64,000 nucleotides of DNA from Octopus bimaculoides. Lineage: Eukaryota. Below, piece by piece: positions 42,741-55,689 of the stretch. Where the stretch lies: positions 170,387,998-170,451,997 of the forward strand of contig NC_068981.1 in NCBI RefSeq assembly GCF_001194135.2. Direction: 5' to 3'. Within the stretch, counting starts at the first letter, position 1, and each line of letters begins with the position of its first letter. The position numbers were made by a program, and so were the translations under genes. The notes under the pieces were generated by a model that worked only from the letters and a program-made list of their open reading frames with translations, ran no database searches and was not told the DNA's origin.

Positions 42741-42898
42741 GCAACGGTCTAGTAAAAAGGCTAACGTTGTAAAAGCGGTACCCGATGCTTTATTCTCAGT
42801 AGATCACAAATAGGAAGACCGCGTGGACACATTTATCAATGTCCACAGAAATTACAAGCATCGGCATGGAGTCAAAGCATCATATAAAGGCTTATATA
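42741..42898. repeat. ~158-bp dispersed direct repeat, copy 2
   Basis: Matches 40558-40715 and is followed by (TA)n(GATA)n. Confidence 0.9.
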
Positions 42899-42907
42899 TA
42901 TATATAG

Positions 42908-42938
<31 letters not shown>

Positions 42939-42942
42939 GATT

Positions 42943-42984
<42 letters not shown>

Positions 42985-43038
42985 CGGACAGACAGATAGG
43001 CAGACAGATAGACAGACAGATAGACAGATAGATAGATT

Positions 43039-43110
<72 letters not shown>
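42895..43110. repeat. Compound (TA)n(GATA)n(GACA)n(TA)n(TATG)n microsatellite
   Basis: Read directly. Confidence 0.95.
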
Positions 43111-43663
43111 TACGGAAGCTTAATGTTATGGCCGGTGAGCATTGGTTTGTTACCTATAAAGCGCTTAGCATTAGAGGCTACTCGACAGAGTTATATTGCT
43201 ATAGTTTACTTCTACGCTTCCCTACCGCAAAATAGGATGTATTATAGTGCATGGTTAGAGTCGACCAATTCAAGGTACTACAAATAGCACTTAGGTTACT
43301 GTATTCTTAGAGAAAAATAAATTTATCAGAATTTGAACATGGTACGATGTTTTAACGACGAACTTACCACAAGGTATTACTGTAAGAAATTCTCTCTCAT
43401 ATTTTTGTTGCATCTCTTTTATAATACATTTTTATTTAAAAATGTAGATCTGCCCTTCTATTTTTTTCTTACGTAAAGAACGGATCAATTGTTCTTTAAA
43501 CTGCTGTTATTAAATCAATAACTGAGAAACAAAATTGAAGGAAAACAAATAGGGCGTCGTTTTCTTTAAAATAAATAAACATATTCAACGATATTAGAAT
43601 AACAACTGAAATAACATTAAAATGATGAAAACAATAGCACAAAACAAATAAGCAACAGCATCA

Positions 43664-43698
<35 letters not shown>

Positions 43699-44822
43699 NN
43701 NNNNNNNNNNNNNNNNNNNNNNNNNNNNNNNNNNNNNNNNNNNNNNNNNNNNNNNNNNNNNNNNNNNNNNNNNNNNNNNNNNNNNNNNNNNNNNNNNNNN
43801 NNNNNNNNNNNNNNNNNNNNNNNNNNNNNNNNNNNNNNNNNNNNNNNNNNNNNNNNNNNNNNNNNNNNNNNNNNNNNNNNNNNNNNNNNNNNNNNNNNNN
43901 NNNNNNNNNNNNNNNNNNNNNNNNNNNNNNNNNNNNNNNNNNNNNNNNNNNNNNNNNNNNNNNNNNNNNNNNNNNNNNNNNNNNNNNNNNNNNNNNNNNN
44001 NNNNNNNNNNNNNNNNNNNNNNNNNNNNNNNNNNNNNNNNNNNNNNNNNNNNNNNNNNNNNNNNNNNNNNNNNNNNNNNNNNNNNNNNNNNNNNNNNNNN
44101 NNNNNNNNNNNNNNNNNNNNNNNNNNNNNNNNNNNNNNNNNNNNNNNNNNNNNNNNNNNNNNNNNNNNNNNNNNNNNNNNNNNNCTGTATGCAGCAAGCT
44201 GCATTTGTCATGAATACATATTGCTGATAAAAACAGATCTCCGTTATTTTAAAAACAGTTTCGAAACGTTCAATATCTATTAATCTCTAGTACAACGTCG
44301 TTGCAATAGTAGAAGAGAGTTGTAAAAGAGGGAATATTAGATGAAAAATAACAAGAAGAAAAACACAGGGACAAAGCAAAGTTGTTTTGAATATATATCT
44401 TCTGTATTGAAGTTACACAAACATCTCTAACTCCAACGATATTTTCTTCAAGACTAAAGCACAACTGCTTTATTCCCTTTTTAGTTGTAGATAGTTTGTT
44501 GTCGTTTCTGATGTCATTGTTATTACTATTATAGGATTATTTATCAGCAATAATAATGCCAAATGTATATATCAAGTGATTTTTCTAATGAAGTAATTAC
44601 AAATGTAAAAGTTTATTTTAAGCATATTGAAAGGTTTTTGAAGGCATTCAAGATATAGCTGGTATAAAAATGATAAATTTGTGTATCACGATAGAGGTTT
44701 AGAAATCTGGTTATCAACTCCTGAAGGTATTCAATGCTAACAACAAATGTAGCAATACTCTGTAACATGAGACAAAATACTGAAAGGAGTTGATAGATAT
44801 TTTCTAATTAATTGTAGTGTTC

Positions 44823-45790
44823 TGCGAGGGTCGACTGAAAGCTACACAGGCTGACCCATATAAACTCATGGAAATCGGCCAAATGAGGTTTTATTTTTTT
44901 CAGCACGGCCCTTCTTGCAATCCACAGTGTCCTGCCATCGGTGTTCCAGTGCTTGGATGGCATTGATGAAGAAGCTTTCATCTTATTGGTCCCAAAAGTC
45001 ATCAACAATAGATATAACGTCATTATCACTGCGATACTTGTTCCCAGCTAAGTATTTTTCCATGTTGAGGTCAGATAATAGTCAGATGGGTCTAAGTCAG
45101 AAGAATAGGGACGGTGATCAACTAGTTCAAAGACATTGTCACGGACAGCACCTATTGAAACCAGGGACTTGTGTGCTGGTGCTGGAGCATTATCCTGTTG
45201 AAGCAAGTCCCATTTCGTCAGTTAACCAGGGCGTTTGGTCTAGATAGTCGTTTGTATCTGCCTCAGCAAGTTGGCATTGTAAGTGTGGCTCTTTTGAAGA
45301 TAATCAATAAGCACAATGCTTTTTGAATTCCAAAAACCGGAGCCCATTACGTGTCCTTTACATGAAGCGAGTGTGGCTTTCCGTCAAGCAGGCGAAGATG
45401 GGTGTTTCCACTGCATAGATTATATTTTTGTCTCTGGCTCAAAGTGACGAAGTCAACACACATCTTTGATGAGTAAACGTTCAAGGAAACCAGCTGCATC
45501 TGACTCAAAAGATGTTAGAATCTCTCGTGATGTGATCAGCCTGCTGCGCTTTTGATCAGGTGTCAAAAGACGTGGGATATACCGAACACAAACTTACATC
45601 ATGCCAAATTGATTGTGCAGAATATTCTCTACTTTCACACAAGATGTGCTAATAGCATTGACTATTTGATCTATTGTCTCTCATCTGTATTCTACCAGCA
45701 TGTAGTGAACACGTTTAATGTTTTCATAGTTGGTGGCAGCTGCATTACGCCAAGAAAATAGGTCATATTCAAGATCTCTCTTCCCCTCTT
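44823..45790 (-). mobile_element. Tc1/mariner (DD34D) transposon, 5'-truncated and degraded
   Basis: Minus-strand peptides VENILHN.FGM..V..R.IPRLLTPDQ, QQDNAPAPAHKSLVS, FELVDHRPYSSDLDPSDYY and DDFWDQ*DESFFINAIQALEHRW. A TIR-like sequence tgcgagggtcgactgaaagctacacaggctgac lies at 44823. Confidence 0.9.
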
Positions 45791-46199
45791 AAATTAAGTT
45801 GTCCATTTTTACAAAATTTACTATAAATAAGGACCAAGGACAACGACTACGTTTAACTTATTGAGAAGTATCTGTAGCAGCTTCTCTTAATAACAATGTA
45901 TAACAAGTGAAACAAAAAACGGATATGTGAATAACCTTTTCAAGGGGTATTGTATCTGTAGATAACGAATATAACATCCGTTTCTTTCTGTAACCCTCCA
46001 TGTTCTCGTAAATTACCATCTTACTTAGGGTAAAAACACTGATGGTTCCGTAGGAATTGAGTGCAAACAAGATTGGGCCGAAACTGACAAATCTAAAAGT
46101 TATGAAAAGTGATTGAGGTGTTCCTAAGGTATTTGACAACCTAACCTATGAACTTTCAATATTTTTATAGTTATATGGGTCTAAATCCGTGGTAAATTT

Positions 46200-46698
46200 A
46201 ACACGAAACCACACCTCATCACCCAGCCTGAATTCAATGATTTAGTTCGTGATCTAACACTTACTAAGCAACAACATGAAGTCCTGTCCTCACGTCTGCA
46301 ACAATGGAACCTTTTGGGCAATGTTGCTTGAATTACAGTATTGAGGAAGCATTTGCATATCTACAGCAATTCTTCACTTTGGAAAACAACTTAACTTATT
46401 GCAATAACATCAGAGATTTATTCAATGCCCGCTCTACAGCATACAAGCGGTTCTGTTGCCTTCAGTTCCAATTGCTCACCCAGTCATAATAAAATGTACA
46501 TAAAAACTATGTTTTTTTTCTTGAACCTGAAATCTGCCTTCTAGAACTATCAGCTTAATCTCTTTCCAGTCTCATTTACATCAGTATTTTGTTTGCAAAG
46601 TAAATACTCTACGCTTAATAATGTAATGATGTGGTAGCTACCGGCATATTTTTTTTCTGGCAACATCGATTTCGTGAATGCTGAACGATAGCACAGTG
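46200..46698 (+). mobile_element. Chapaev3-like (CMC superfamily) DNA transposase fragment, internally deleted
   Basis: Manual translation PHLITQPEFNDLVRDLTLTKQQHEVLSSRLQQWNLL, QQFFTLENNLTYCNNIRDLF and PSVPIAHPV. The superfamily assignment is from memory of these motifs. The right boundary at ...gcacagtg (46698) is tentative. Confidence 0.6.
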
Positions 46699-49600
46699 AA
46701 CGAATTATACTCTAGTGAGAGTACATGAATTAATTAGGCGCTGCATTTATTCTTAAATTAGAAACATAAGATCCAAATAATTTCGCTGATTCTCACATTC
46801 TTTAGGAACTTTAGAATGCATTACTATTTCACCGACTTGTACACAATTCTCTCTTCAGGGCTTAAACGTTAACCGTTCGTATGCTGAAGTGACGTTGAAA
46901 ATGGAAAACATACACCACACTGGTTTAACTTATGAGGTTTAAAATTCGTTTTCAATAAATTAAAATGTCAAGATAGCTCTCTAATGAAATAGAAATATAA
47001 GGTTAGTTAATATTTTCATAACTTACCGAAATAATTACTTATAACAGTCCATTTTTCACCTGATAGGAATTTCCAAATAAGTTTAGTCTTCGTAAATTCA
47101 TAGTATTTAGGAAGGTTTGCTCGCTAGAATATTTCTTGAAACATGTTAGACAAAGTTATAATGTTATCCTTATTTTAGAGTTGCCAAAATATCGCTCATT
47201 TTAGTAATGGTGCTGCCTTATTTAGAATGATGGATTACAAAGTATGCAATGCGTAATCAGTAGTTGATCCTTTAAAGGAATATGAATCAATACTGAATAT
47301 ACACATGCATAGATATTAAGTAATAAATCTGCAAGAACTGATAATGTACAAAATATATTTGATAAACATATGTACCAAAGTAATTGAAATTGAATAAAAA
47401 TTGCAGCATTATTTAAAGTTATCTTCATCCGGCTAAAGTTCTACCGTGCATACCTTATCTAGCGAAAAATGTAATGCTTAATAAATTTCAACATAAAAAT
47501 GCTAGGTAATAAAGCCGAAATTTATGACACCGTGTTTTTACGTATATTTTTTTATGACTTAGTTTGTTGTATTACTTGGAATATGAACGATAGGACTAAT
47601 TAGATTCCATTAAAGAATTATCGTTCAGTAATGATTGATAAAGGCCGCTATTGTCATGCAAGGCGTTGCAATACCGCATTGCAGTGAAAGAGGAAGGATA
47701 TTGAATTAATACTTTTCAGTATCTATTTCAACGTCATGTGTTTCTGTCTTCGAATCAATCATTCTATCTTAGGTGCGTAAAAGTAATACGATTTATATAT
47801 GGAAAAACAAATCGTATCAAAATGTGATCATATTTTAAGCTCGAGCAATAGTAAAGACATATTGAACTATATCAACTCGAATTGTACTAATTTATATTTT
47901 TATAGTAAACAAGTTTATGCTAATAGAACTAGATTTATAGTTGCCTCAGCAGAGAATTCCGGTATATGTTTCAAATTGTATCTTTAGATATAAATATTAG
48001 ATCTAGAGAGGTGTGTTCATAAGCGTATCAGCTCAAATTCATTATGTGCCTTCGCAAATCTGAATGAAAGCATACCTCAGTTCATTCAAATATTTGTTTT
48101 GGTGGCTGAGATATTTACAAACGGTGTTGCTATTCGCAGTATTATGAAGCTTAGCAAAGTTTTCTGCAAACTAATCTGCTCGAATGTCCTTAATCTTAAT
48201 TGTGAAACCCTCTGGCTAAATACCAAACTGTACATGCACTACAGTTAGTGGTGAGTTACATTTGACATCTACTCGTATAAAGCTATGCACATGTGTGCGA
48301 ATTCACGTGCATGTTTTTAGATACATATATGAAAGTGGGCATATATATATATATATATATATATANNNNNNNNNNNNNNNNNNNNNNNNNNNNNNNNNNN
48401 NNNNNNNNNNNNNNNNNNNNNNNNNNNNNNNNNNNNNNNNNNNNNNNNNNNNNNNNNNNNNNNNNNNNNNNNNNNNNNNNNNNNNNNNNNNNNNNNNNNN
48501 NNNNNNNNNNNNNNNNNNNNNNNNNNNNNNNNNNNNNNNNNNNNNNNNNNNNNNNNNNNNNNNNNNNNNNNNNNNNNNNNNNNNNNNNNNNNNNNNNNNN
48601 NNNNNNNNNNNNNNNNNNNNNNNNNNNNNNNNNNNNNNNNNNNNNNNNNNNNNNNNNNNNNNNNNNNNNNNNNNNNNNNNNNNNNNNNNNNNNNNNNNNN
48701 NNNNNNNNNNNNNNNNNNNNNNNNNNNNNNNNNNNNNNNNNNNNNNNNNNNNNNNNNNNNNNNNNNNNNNNNNNNNNNNNNNNNNNNNNNNNNNNNNNNN
48801 NNNNNNNNNNNNNNNNNNNNNNNNNNNNNNNNNNNNNNNNNNNNNNNNNNNNNNNNNNNNNNNNNNNNNNNNNNNNNNNNNNNNNNNNNNNNNNNNNNNN
48901 NNNNNNNNNNNNNNNNNNNNNNNNNNNNNNNNNNNNNNNNNNNNNNNNNNNNNNNNNNNNNNNNNNNNNNNNNNNNNNNNNNNNNNNNNNNNNNNNNNNN
49001 NNNNNNNNNNNNNNNNNNNNNNNNNNNNNNNNNNNNNNNNNNNNNNNNNNNNNNNNNNNNNNNNNNNNNNNNNNNNNNNNNNNNNNNNNNNNNNNNNNNN
49101 NNNNNNNNNNNNNNNNNNNNNNNNNNNNNNNNNNNNNNNNATATATATATCTGTGTGTGTGTGTGTGTGAGGGTGCATGAAATATGCACATCTCTCAACA
49201 TTTCACATTCCTCAACAATTCTCTCTTTAGTTTCATCACTCCTAGTATATTTAACTTTCAAAACTCCGAGAAGTGTTTTTCTCCTCCTTACAGTGTTTCA
49301 GTGTTTGAACAGTTTGTATTAATATGAGAAGTGGCTCCCGTATTAATTTAACATTAGAATATATGATGGAAAATGATAGCGTTAGTAATGTGCTTGTATA
49401 TGTTAAAATATGTTATTTATATACAGACACGTAATAAAAATACTACAGAGAAATATTTGAGGAGACTAAATGAAATGAAAATCTGTTTCTTATTTTTAAA
49501 GGTTTAAAACAATTGTTTATAGTATCCTGCTGGTTTCTTGTCAGAAAGAATCTACCATTGAAAGATAACCAAATATGTAGACTTTAGTGAAACGTGCGAT

Positions 49601-52600
49601 CAATATTTTATGACAGATATTATTTGTACTTAACTTTTAAACGTAAACAGTCATGGTATATTTAGGCAAAATACATTCCTGTAACTTGGAATCACTACGT
49701 GCTTTAGAGTTGATATTTTGGAAGGTTCAAGATTCTAATGTATCAGCTTCAAAAAGCAGTTGGAGTAACTGTGCAGCATGCAACTTCTAGGCATGTAATA
49801 CGTTGCATGTTAAGCCACAACATCTATTAGATTTTCTAAGCGACTTTATACAATTAAAATGAATTTTTAATATTAAATAAATTCTTTTCAAAGAATATCC
49901 TATCAGATTACAGTCAGGAAAACTTATATTAACATTTGCGGCCATTGTTAAGAATGAATACTTAGTTGTTAAGAGAAGAAATGTCAACTAAAAATATTAA
50001 ACTCAGTATTAGAGACAAAACCATTTTAGATGAAAATTCCCATTGTTCTTTAACTAGGCACAATCGCATTTGATTCTTGACGAATGCAACGCGATCATGA
50101 TGTTTGATCATTTCCCACATGCAGTGAATTATTCAACCTAAAAATATAAGCCATAATAAATATATAATTTCTTGGAAATTAATTCACCTTCCACCAAACA
50201 TGTCACATAAGATTATGTTTAAATGGGATGTTTGAAGCTGCCATTATATTAGTTTTTTGGTCATGTATTTCGTGAGCTGAAGAGAATAACAGTATATTAT
50301 TTCTTCAATGGTAAAAGAAGAAATACAATAACTATTGCTCCTTAGTTTGTCGATAATATTGCAGATTACGTTATGTGATTTTTAAAGTGGCTGTTTCAGT
50401 GATAAAACTACTATGCTGTTTATAATTATATAGCTACGATATTTGGGGATAAATTTTAAAATATCATAACCCAAATAAAACATATTTGCACATACAACCA
50501 ATTAATTTCATTCACTTGGTACAAGGCCAAAGATTAGATCAGAAAATATAGAAATTAGTAATTATAGTGTTACATGTATGAAATACAGCAATCCTGATTA
50601 ACATTTTAGTCCCTGTCATGAGGGAAAAAGGATACATTAGAAACACTAAGAGGAGTGAAAAATTGCGAATTTCTACAGAAAAGCCGAGTCTCTTCTGACA
50701 TTAAATATTGATGTTCTAGCACGGTTCAGTTTTCGTCCCGAGAGAAAAAATAATCGCAGATATAACCATGGCGTTTTGTATCATTTAGATTTAAGAATTT
50801 ATTTTTGTGAATGTCACAATGGACTCTTCAGTGATGTAATTCAAAATACGTATAATTATTTATCGATTCGTTTATATTTCCTAAAGTCGTAACAGATCTT
50901 CATATCGTACACAGGTCGGACAGGGAATCGTTGGAAATATCAAAATTGAATCTCTATTTAGTGGTTAGCTTTTTATCCATTTGATACTTGACATCAGTAA
51001 CAAAGTTTAATGATTAGATTAACATTGCTCTGTTTCAACGTTTACGGTAGACTAGTTTTTCTTCTCCCACCCCGCAAAACAACGCTTATTTCGATGTTTT
51101 TAGTTAATGACTAACACTTAAAACAATGTGTAAATGATGTAAGAATTTAGTAACTGTACGGAACGTAGACATCCGGTCAGGTGGTGATAGACTAGAACAA
51201 ACATATAATAAAAATTGAAAACATATTATGAAAACATTGAAAATTGAATACATATTATTAAATCCTTAAAGGCAATTGAACAAGGCCGTGAAAAATGACC
51301 ACACATATGCAGATAATAAAATGTAACAAGTAATGAAGGGATGGAAAATGTAGTTTTATATACATAATTTTTTTAATTAGTTACCAGTTCAAAATGCCCG
51401 AGACATATTCGAGCCCGTAAGAAACACCAATTTTGCCAGGGAGAAAAATTATTGCTGTAGAAAAACTGGTATATAAACACCAAGTGAGTCCGGAGCTCCT
51501 CCTAACCATATCGCTGGATAAATGCAATTCGCAATAGTTATCTCCTCCTCAGCATCAAACCCTGAAGAGAAAGGCGCTGAGAATTGACATGAGAGAGCAG
51601 GTGTTTCTTATATTCCAGTCGAAATACTGTGACTGGTTGCGCTAATCGGAGATCTTGGTGTAGTAAAATATCAATTAGACGCGCTTAGAAGTAATGTGTA
51701 CAAAAATATACTTCTTACTAATTCATATATAGCCAGGGACATATCGACCCCTTAAGAAAGCTGTTCACTGCATTTTGTCACATAGCAAAATTCTCAATAC
51801 ACATAAAAAGGTGTAGAGTTAGTCCAGATCGATGGATGCATGCGTTTCGGAGTAGGTTCTAATTCTGAAAAAGAATATTCCGTAATCTGACTTATAATTT
51901 TGTCGTTCTAAGAGTTAGGTTTTAATTTTTAGTCTGAATTATCACTCAGTAGCTATAGAAATTTAATCGAAATGAATTTAGCATCAAGATAGCTGAACTA
52001 GGAAATAAAATTGAAAATCGCATGACGGAGATCTTTTTAGTAATTGTAGAAGAGGAAATAGATAGTTAAGAGTACGAAATTCACTCGCATTCCTCAAAAG
52101 AACTACCGTTGATTTTAAATGATACATCCGATATGAGAGTAATCCTAAACCTTTACATTATATCCTATAAGTTGTTCTTTTTTTATTTTTGAGAGAGAAC
52201 TCACCCGTGAAGATCATGTTTCATGGAAGATAAATATTGTGCATAAGGAAGGCAGAGTAGATAAAATATCGAGGGGAGAGATATACAAATTATTTGATGT
52301 AATTCTCAATTGCACTTTTACAGAAACTAGCAACTGCAGCTAGAATTAAGCAATGCCTCTATCACTGCAATTAAATCAACAGCAGTAACTAGTAGAGCTT
52401 CTGCCACATATAGTGGTGGACAAGTAGTAAACAGTAGTAAATCATATTTCTAAATTAAGGATTCACGGCAACTTACTGTTAAGACTGTAAATAGTAAGAG
52501 AACTTGAAGGCAAAAAGAGAATGAGAACAAATATATGGAAGGAAGTATCAAACACATCTCTTCGACATCTCGAGAGGAAAAGAAAAAAAAACACATGCAG

Positions 52601-53136
52601 TTTCGGAGCCTATTATGCTGAACACAATATATTTTTTTCCTCAAAGCATGAGTAATAAAAGCAGCAATAACTAACATATGGCAGTAAAATTAAACATTAT
52701 TCAGGTTGGATCCCACTGTTACCGAGACGGCTTCGATAAAACAGGAAAAATGCGGCAGCTGGAGCTCGTAGTTTTGCAAGTGAAATATTGAAGATATAAT
52801 TGAATATCACTTCGTTTTACTCGTAAGATATGCGAGGCGGGGACCTCTGGTTTCCTTGCCTATTATGAACACCATAATGTTTTGTGCTACTCGAATATTA
52901 GAATAGAATACGTAAGACTTGGTAAGAATATGTGCATAGCGTGTAAAGAATGGCATTGGAGTCAATAAATACAAAAGATTTCAGAGCAAATATACGAATA
53001 TCGTAACAGCTAGCAACTATTTCTTCGACTCTAAAAGTAACGATGTACTCACTGTTTGAAATATTAATACTGTGCCGTGAAGAATTGTATTGCTTTAGGT
53101 GGCAAATTGCTGAACAGTTTAGGTTGATAATGACAT

Positions 53137-53278
53137 ATTTACATTATTTACAATTGACCGATATTTGTCCTCATCTCGTTAACACAACATTTCGGCTGAT
53201 ATACCCTCCAACCTTCATCAGGTGTCTTGGGGAAATGTCGAACCTGGGTTCTCATTCCTAAGGTATTTTTCGATGTTG

Positions 53279-53280
<2 letters not shown>
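53137..53280 (-). mobile_element. Penelope-type short repeat with hammerhead motif, left (minus-strand) unit
   Basis: The reverse complement of 53137-53256 aligns with 53347-53472. This unit additionally carries acatcgaaaaataccttagg at its 5' end. Confidence 0.85.
53181..53226 (-). ncRNA. Minimal type I hammerhead ribozyme motif (stem III C>U decayed)
   Basis: Minus strand GACAC-CUGAUGA-A-GGUUG gaggguauau CAGCC-GAAA-UGUU-GUGUU. Confidence 0.7.
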
Positions 53281-53331
<51 letters not shown>

Positions 53332-53344
53332 GTTAATATTATGA

Positions 53345-53508
53345 GAAATGAGAACCCAGGTTCGAAATCTACACAAGATACCTGATGAAGGCTGGACAGC
53401 ATATCAGCCGAAACGTTGTGTTAACGAAGAACAAGATGAGTGCAAATATCGGTCAATTGTAAATAATGTAAATTATGTACATAATTCCTCATCTCTTAAA
53501 TATAGAAC
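53345..53508 (+). mobile_element. Penelope-type short repeat with hammerhead motif, right (plus-strand) unit
   Basis: Inverted copy of the left unit, extending further 3' to ...cctcatctcttaaatatagaac. Confidence 0.85.
53377..53422 (+). ncRNA. Minimal type I hammerhead ribozyme motif with intact core
   Basis: GAUAC-CUGAUGA-A-GGCUG gacagcauau CAGCC-GAAA-CGUU-GUGUU. Stem I has 5 bp (2 G-U), stem II has 5 bp, stem III is palindromic ACGU, and H17 is U. Confidence 0.8.
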
Positions 53509-54079
53509 GATAATAACAAAGCTAATTTAGAAAATCAAGGCAATTAAAAAAGAAATGAAGAGAAATATTACCATTAGATTAATCAATATTCGTGGACAAG
53601 AGAAGCAGGAACACAACACCAAAGGTTTAAATACAATTAATTGAAAACGAAATGCGCCGGATGCACATAGCTATGAATCTAAACGTATAGTTATTTGAGG
53701 AAAATAAAAGCAATTGAATGTTGCCCAGAATTTATTAATGGATGCACATCACAGATATACACTTCCCGATTGTTTGATATTTTTTTGTGAAGAGCAACAA
53801 AGTCAATTCTCTACCACGACAGGTAGCGTTATCTTTAGATGTGTTTAGTGATTATCTTTCCGAGAAAGTATTAACTGGCAATTGTCTCTCACCTGATTCG
53901 TTTTCTATTACTACTTGACTATTGCGAGATTGTCATGCATAAATGAAATAAATTCCAGTCACATACCATTTTAGATTATATGACTTTATTCTTCACTAAA
54001 ATGGGTGAATGGGTCTATCCATGATAATAATAACTTTAAAATAACAACAAAACTAACAACAATAATAACAAAATAATCT

Positions 54080-54290
54080 TTTCTAGTAAAGGCAGAAGGC
54101 CTGGATATTGAGGGGAGAGAGCGAGTCGATTATATCGACCTCAGTGCTACACTTGTACTTATTTCATAGACTCCGAAAGAATGAAAGGCAAAGTCGACCC
54201 CGGCAGCATTTGAACTCAGAACGTAGAGACAGTCGAAATGCCGCTAAGCATTTTTCCCGGCTTACTAATGGTTCTGCTAACTCACCGACC
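54080..54290 (-). mobile_element. SINE family A
   Basis: gaatgaaaggcaaagtcgaccccggcagcatttgaactcagaacgt...gctaactcaccgacct is the reverse complement of family A. Confidence 0.85.
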
Positions 54291-54294
54291 TAAC

Positions 54295-54379
<85 letters not shown>

Positions 54380-54421
54380 ATAATAATGATGATGAGGATG
54401 ATGATGATGATGATGATGATC
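54291..54421. repeat. Compound (AAT)n(AGT)n(GAT)n microsatellite
   Basis: Read directly. Confidence 0.95.
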
Positions 54422-54800
54422 ATAAAAATATATCTGTCGAGGTATTTGACAAACTAAGTAAACATAAGGGCCTGCAAATTGAAATACAAAAGATGTGGCA
54501 TTTGAAAACGAGAACTGTTCCTGTTATCGTAGGTGCCCTGGTATGATAAAAAAAAGGGATGTCAGAAACATCTAGATAAGATCCCAGGAGAACCATGTCT
54601 CAGAGAAATCCAAAAGATTGTACTGACAAGTACTGCGCACATACTTAGTAAAAAAAAAAAGATGTTTGTGTTGTATGACACGAAGATATTTCGCTACTTC
54701 CCTTCTCCAAGCTTTCAATCATATTGTAACATCTCTTATCCTCCAATCGCCCCAGGACGCTAGGTGTGTCTCGGCAAGTGACTGTAACAAACATGCAGAT
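54422..54800 (+). mobile_element. R4/Dong-clade LINE, short 3' end
   Basis: KLSKHKGLQIEIQKMWHLKTRTVPVIVGAL and KHLDKIPGEPCLREIQKIVLTSTAHILS are homologous to the 17750-17930 C-terminus. The 3' UTR has ctaggtgtgtctcggcaag. The fragment is embedded between (AAT/AGT/GAT)n and (AAT)n. Confidence 0.9.
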
Positions 54801-54826
54801 TAAGAATAAAAAATAATAATAACGAA

Positions 54827-54877
<51 letters not shown>

Positions 54878-54878
54878 C

Positions 54879-55089
54879 CGTTCTATTATAGGCATAAGAC
54901 CTGAAATTTGGGGGGAGCGAGCTAGTGGATTACATCGACCCCAGAGTTTCAAAATCTCAGTGGTATTTAATTTATCAGCCCCGATACGATGAAAGGTAAA
55001 GTCGACCTCTGCGGAATTTGAACTCAGAACGTGAAACGGAAGAAATGCCTCTAAACATTTTGTCCAGCGTGCTAACGATTCTCCCAACT
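54879..55089 (-). mobile_element. SINE family A
   Basis: gatgaaaggtaaagtcgacctctgcggaatttgaactcagaacgt...cgtgctaacgattct is the reverse complement of family A. Confidence 0.85.
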
Positions 55090-55404
55090 TAATAACAATA
55101 ACAACAACAACAACCTTATTTCGGGGTCATGAATACAAAGCAAGTATCATTAGTATTGCGTATGTTATTGTTACAATGTTTTATTCGAGCTATTCCATGT
55201 CACTTAAGTAAAAGCAAGTTACATTTTACTATATATGTTATTTATGATTAGCAATGATATATTGTGCGCAAAGGTGACCAGAGTATGAGAACTAAATTCT
55301 TGTTGAATTTCCAATATTTCCGTTTTGGAAGAGTTTTAAGATAATGAGATATACTCAATTAGTGTTTTTCTTAGAATTTGGATAGAAGCCACGTGAGCGA
55401 ATTT

Positions 55405-55458
55405 TTGTGTTATTATTATTATTATTATCATATCATCATCATCATCATCATCATCATT

Positions 55459-55508
<50 letters not shown>

Positions 55509-55570
55509 TATTATTGTTGTTGTTGTTGCTGTTTATCTTCTTGTTGTTGTTGCCGTAGTCGTCGTCTCCG
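55405..55570. repeat. Compound (TAT)n(CAT)n(TGT)n microsatellite
   Basis: Source of the poly-His and poly-Ile pseudo-ORFs. Confidence 0.95.
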
Positions 55571-55689
55571 AGCTCGTTGTTTCAAAGAAATTCCTTTTGA
55601 ATTTTTGTTTTCACAAGCATCCTCTGCTTTTAGTTGGTTTTGCAAAATTTTCACTTCGGACACGAACTTTGTTTTTCATAGAGGTGTTA

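Noticed and set aside
46692-46698. CACAGTG, identical to the RSS/Transib heptamer
   Set aside because: No nonamer or partner heptamer nearby. At best it is the Chapaev-like terminus.
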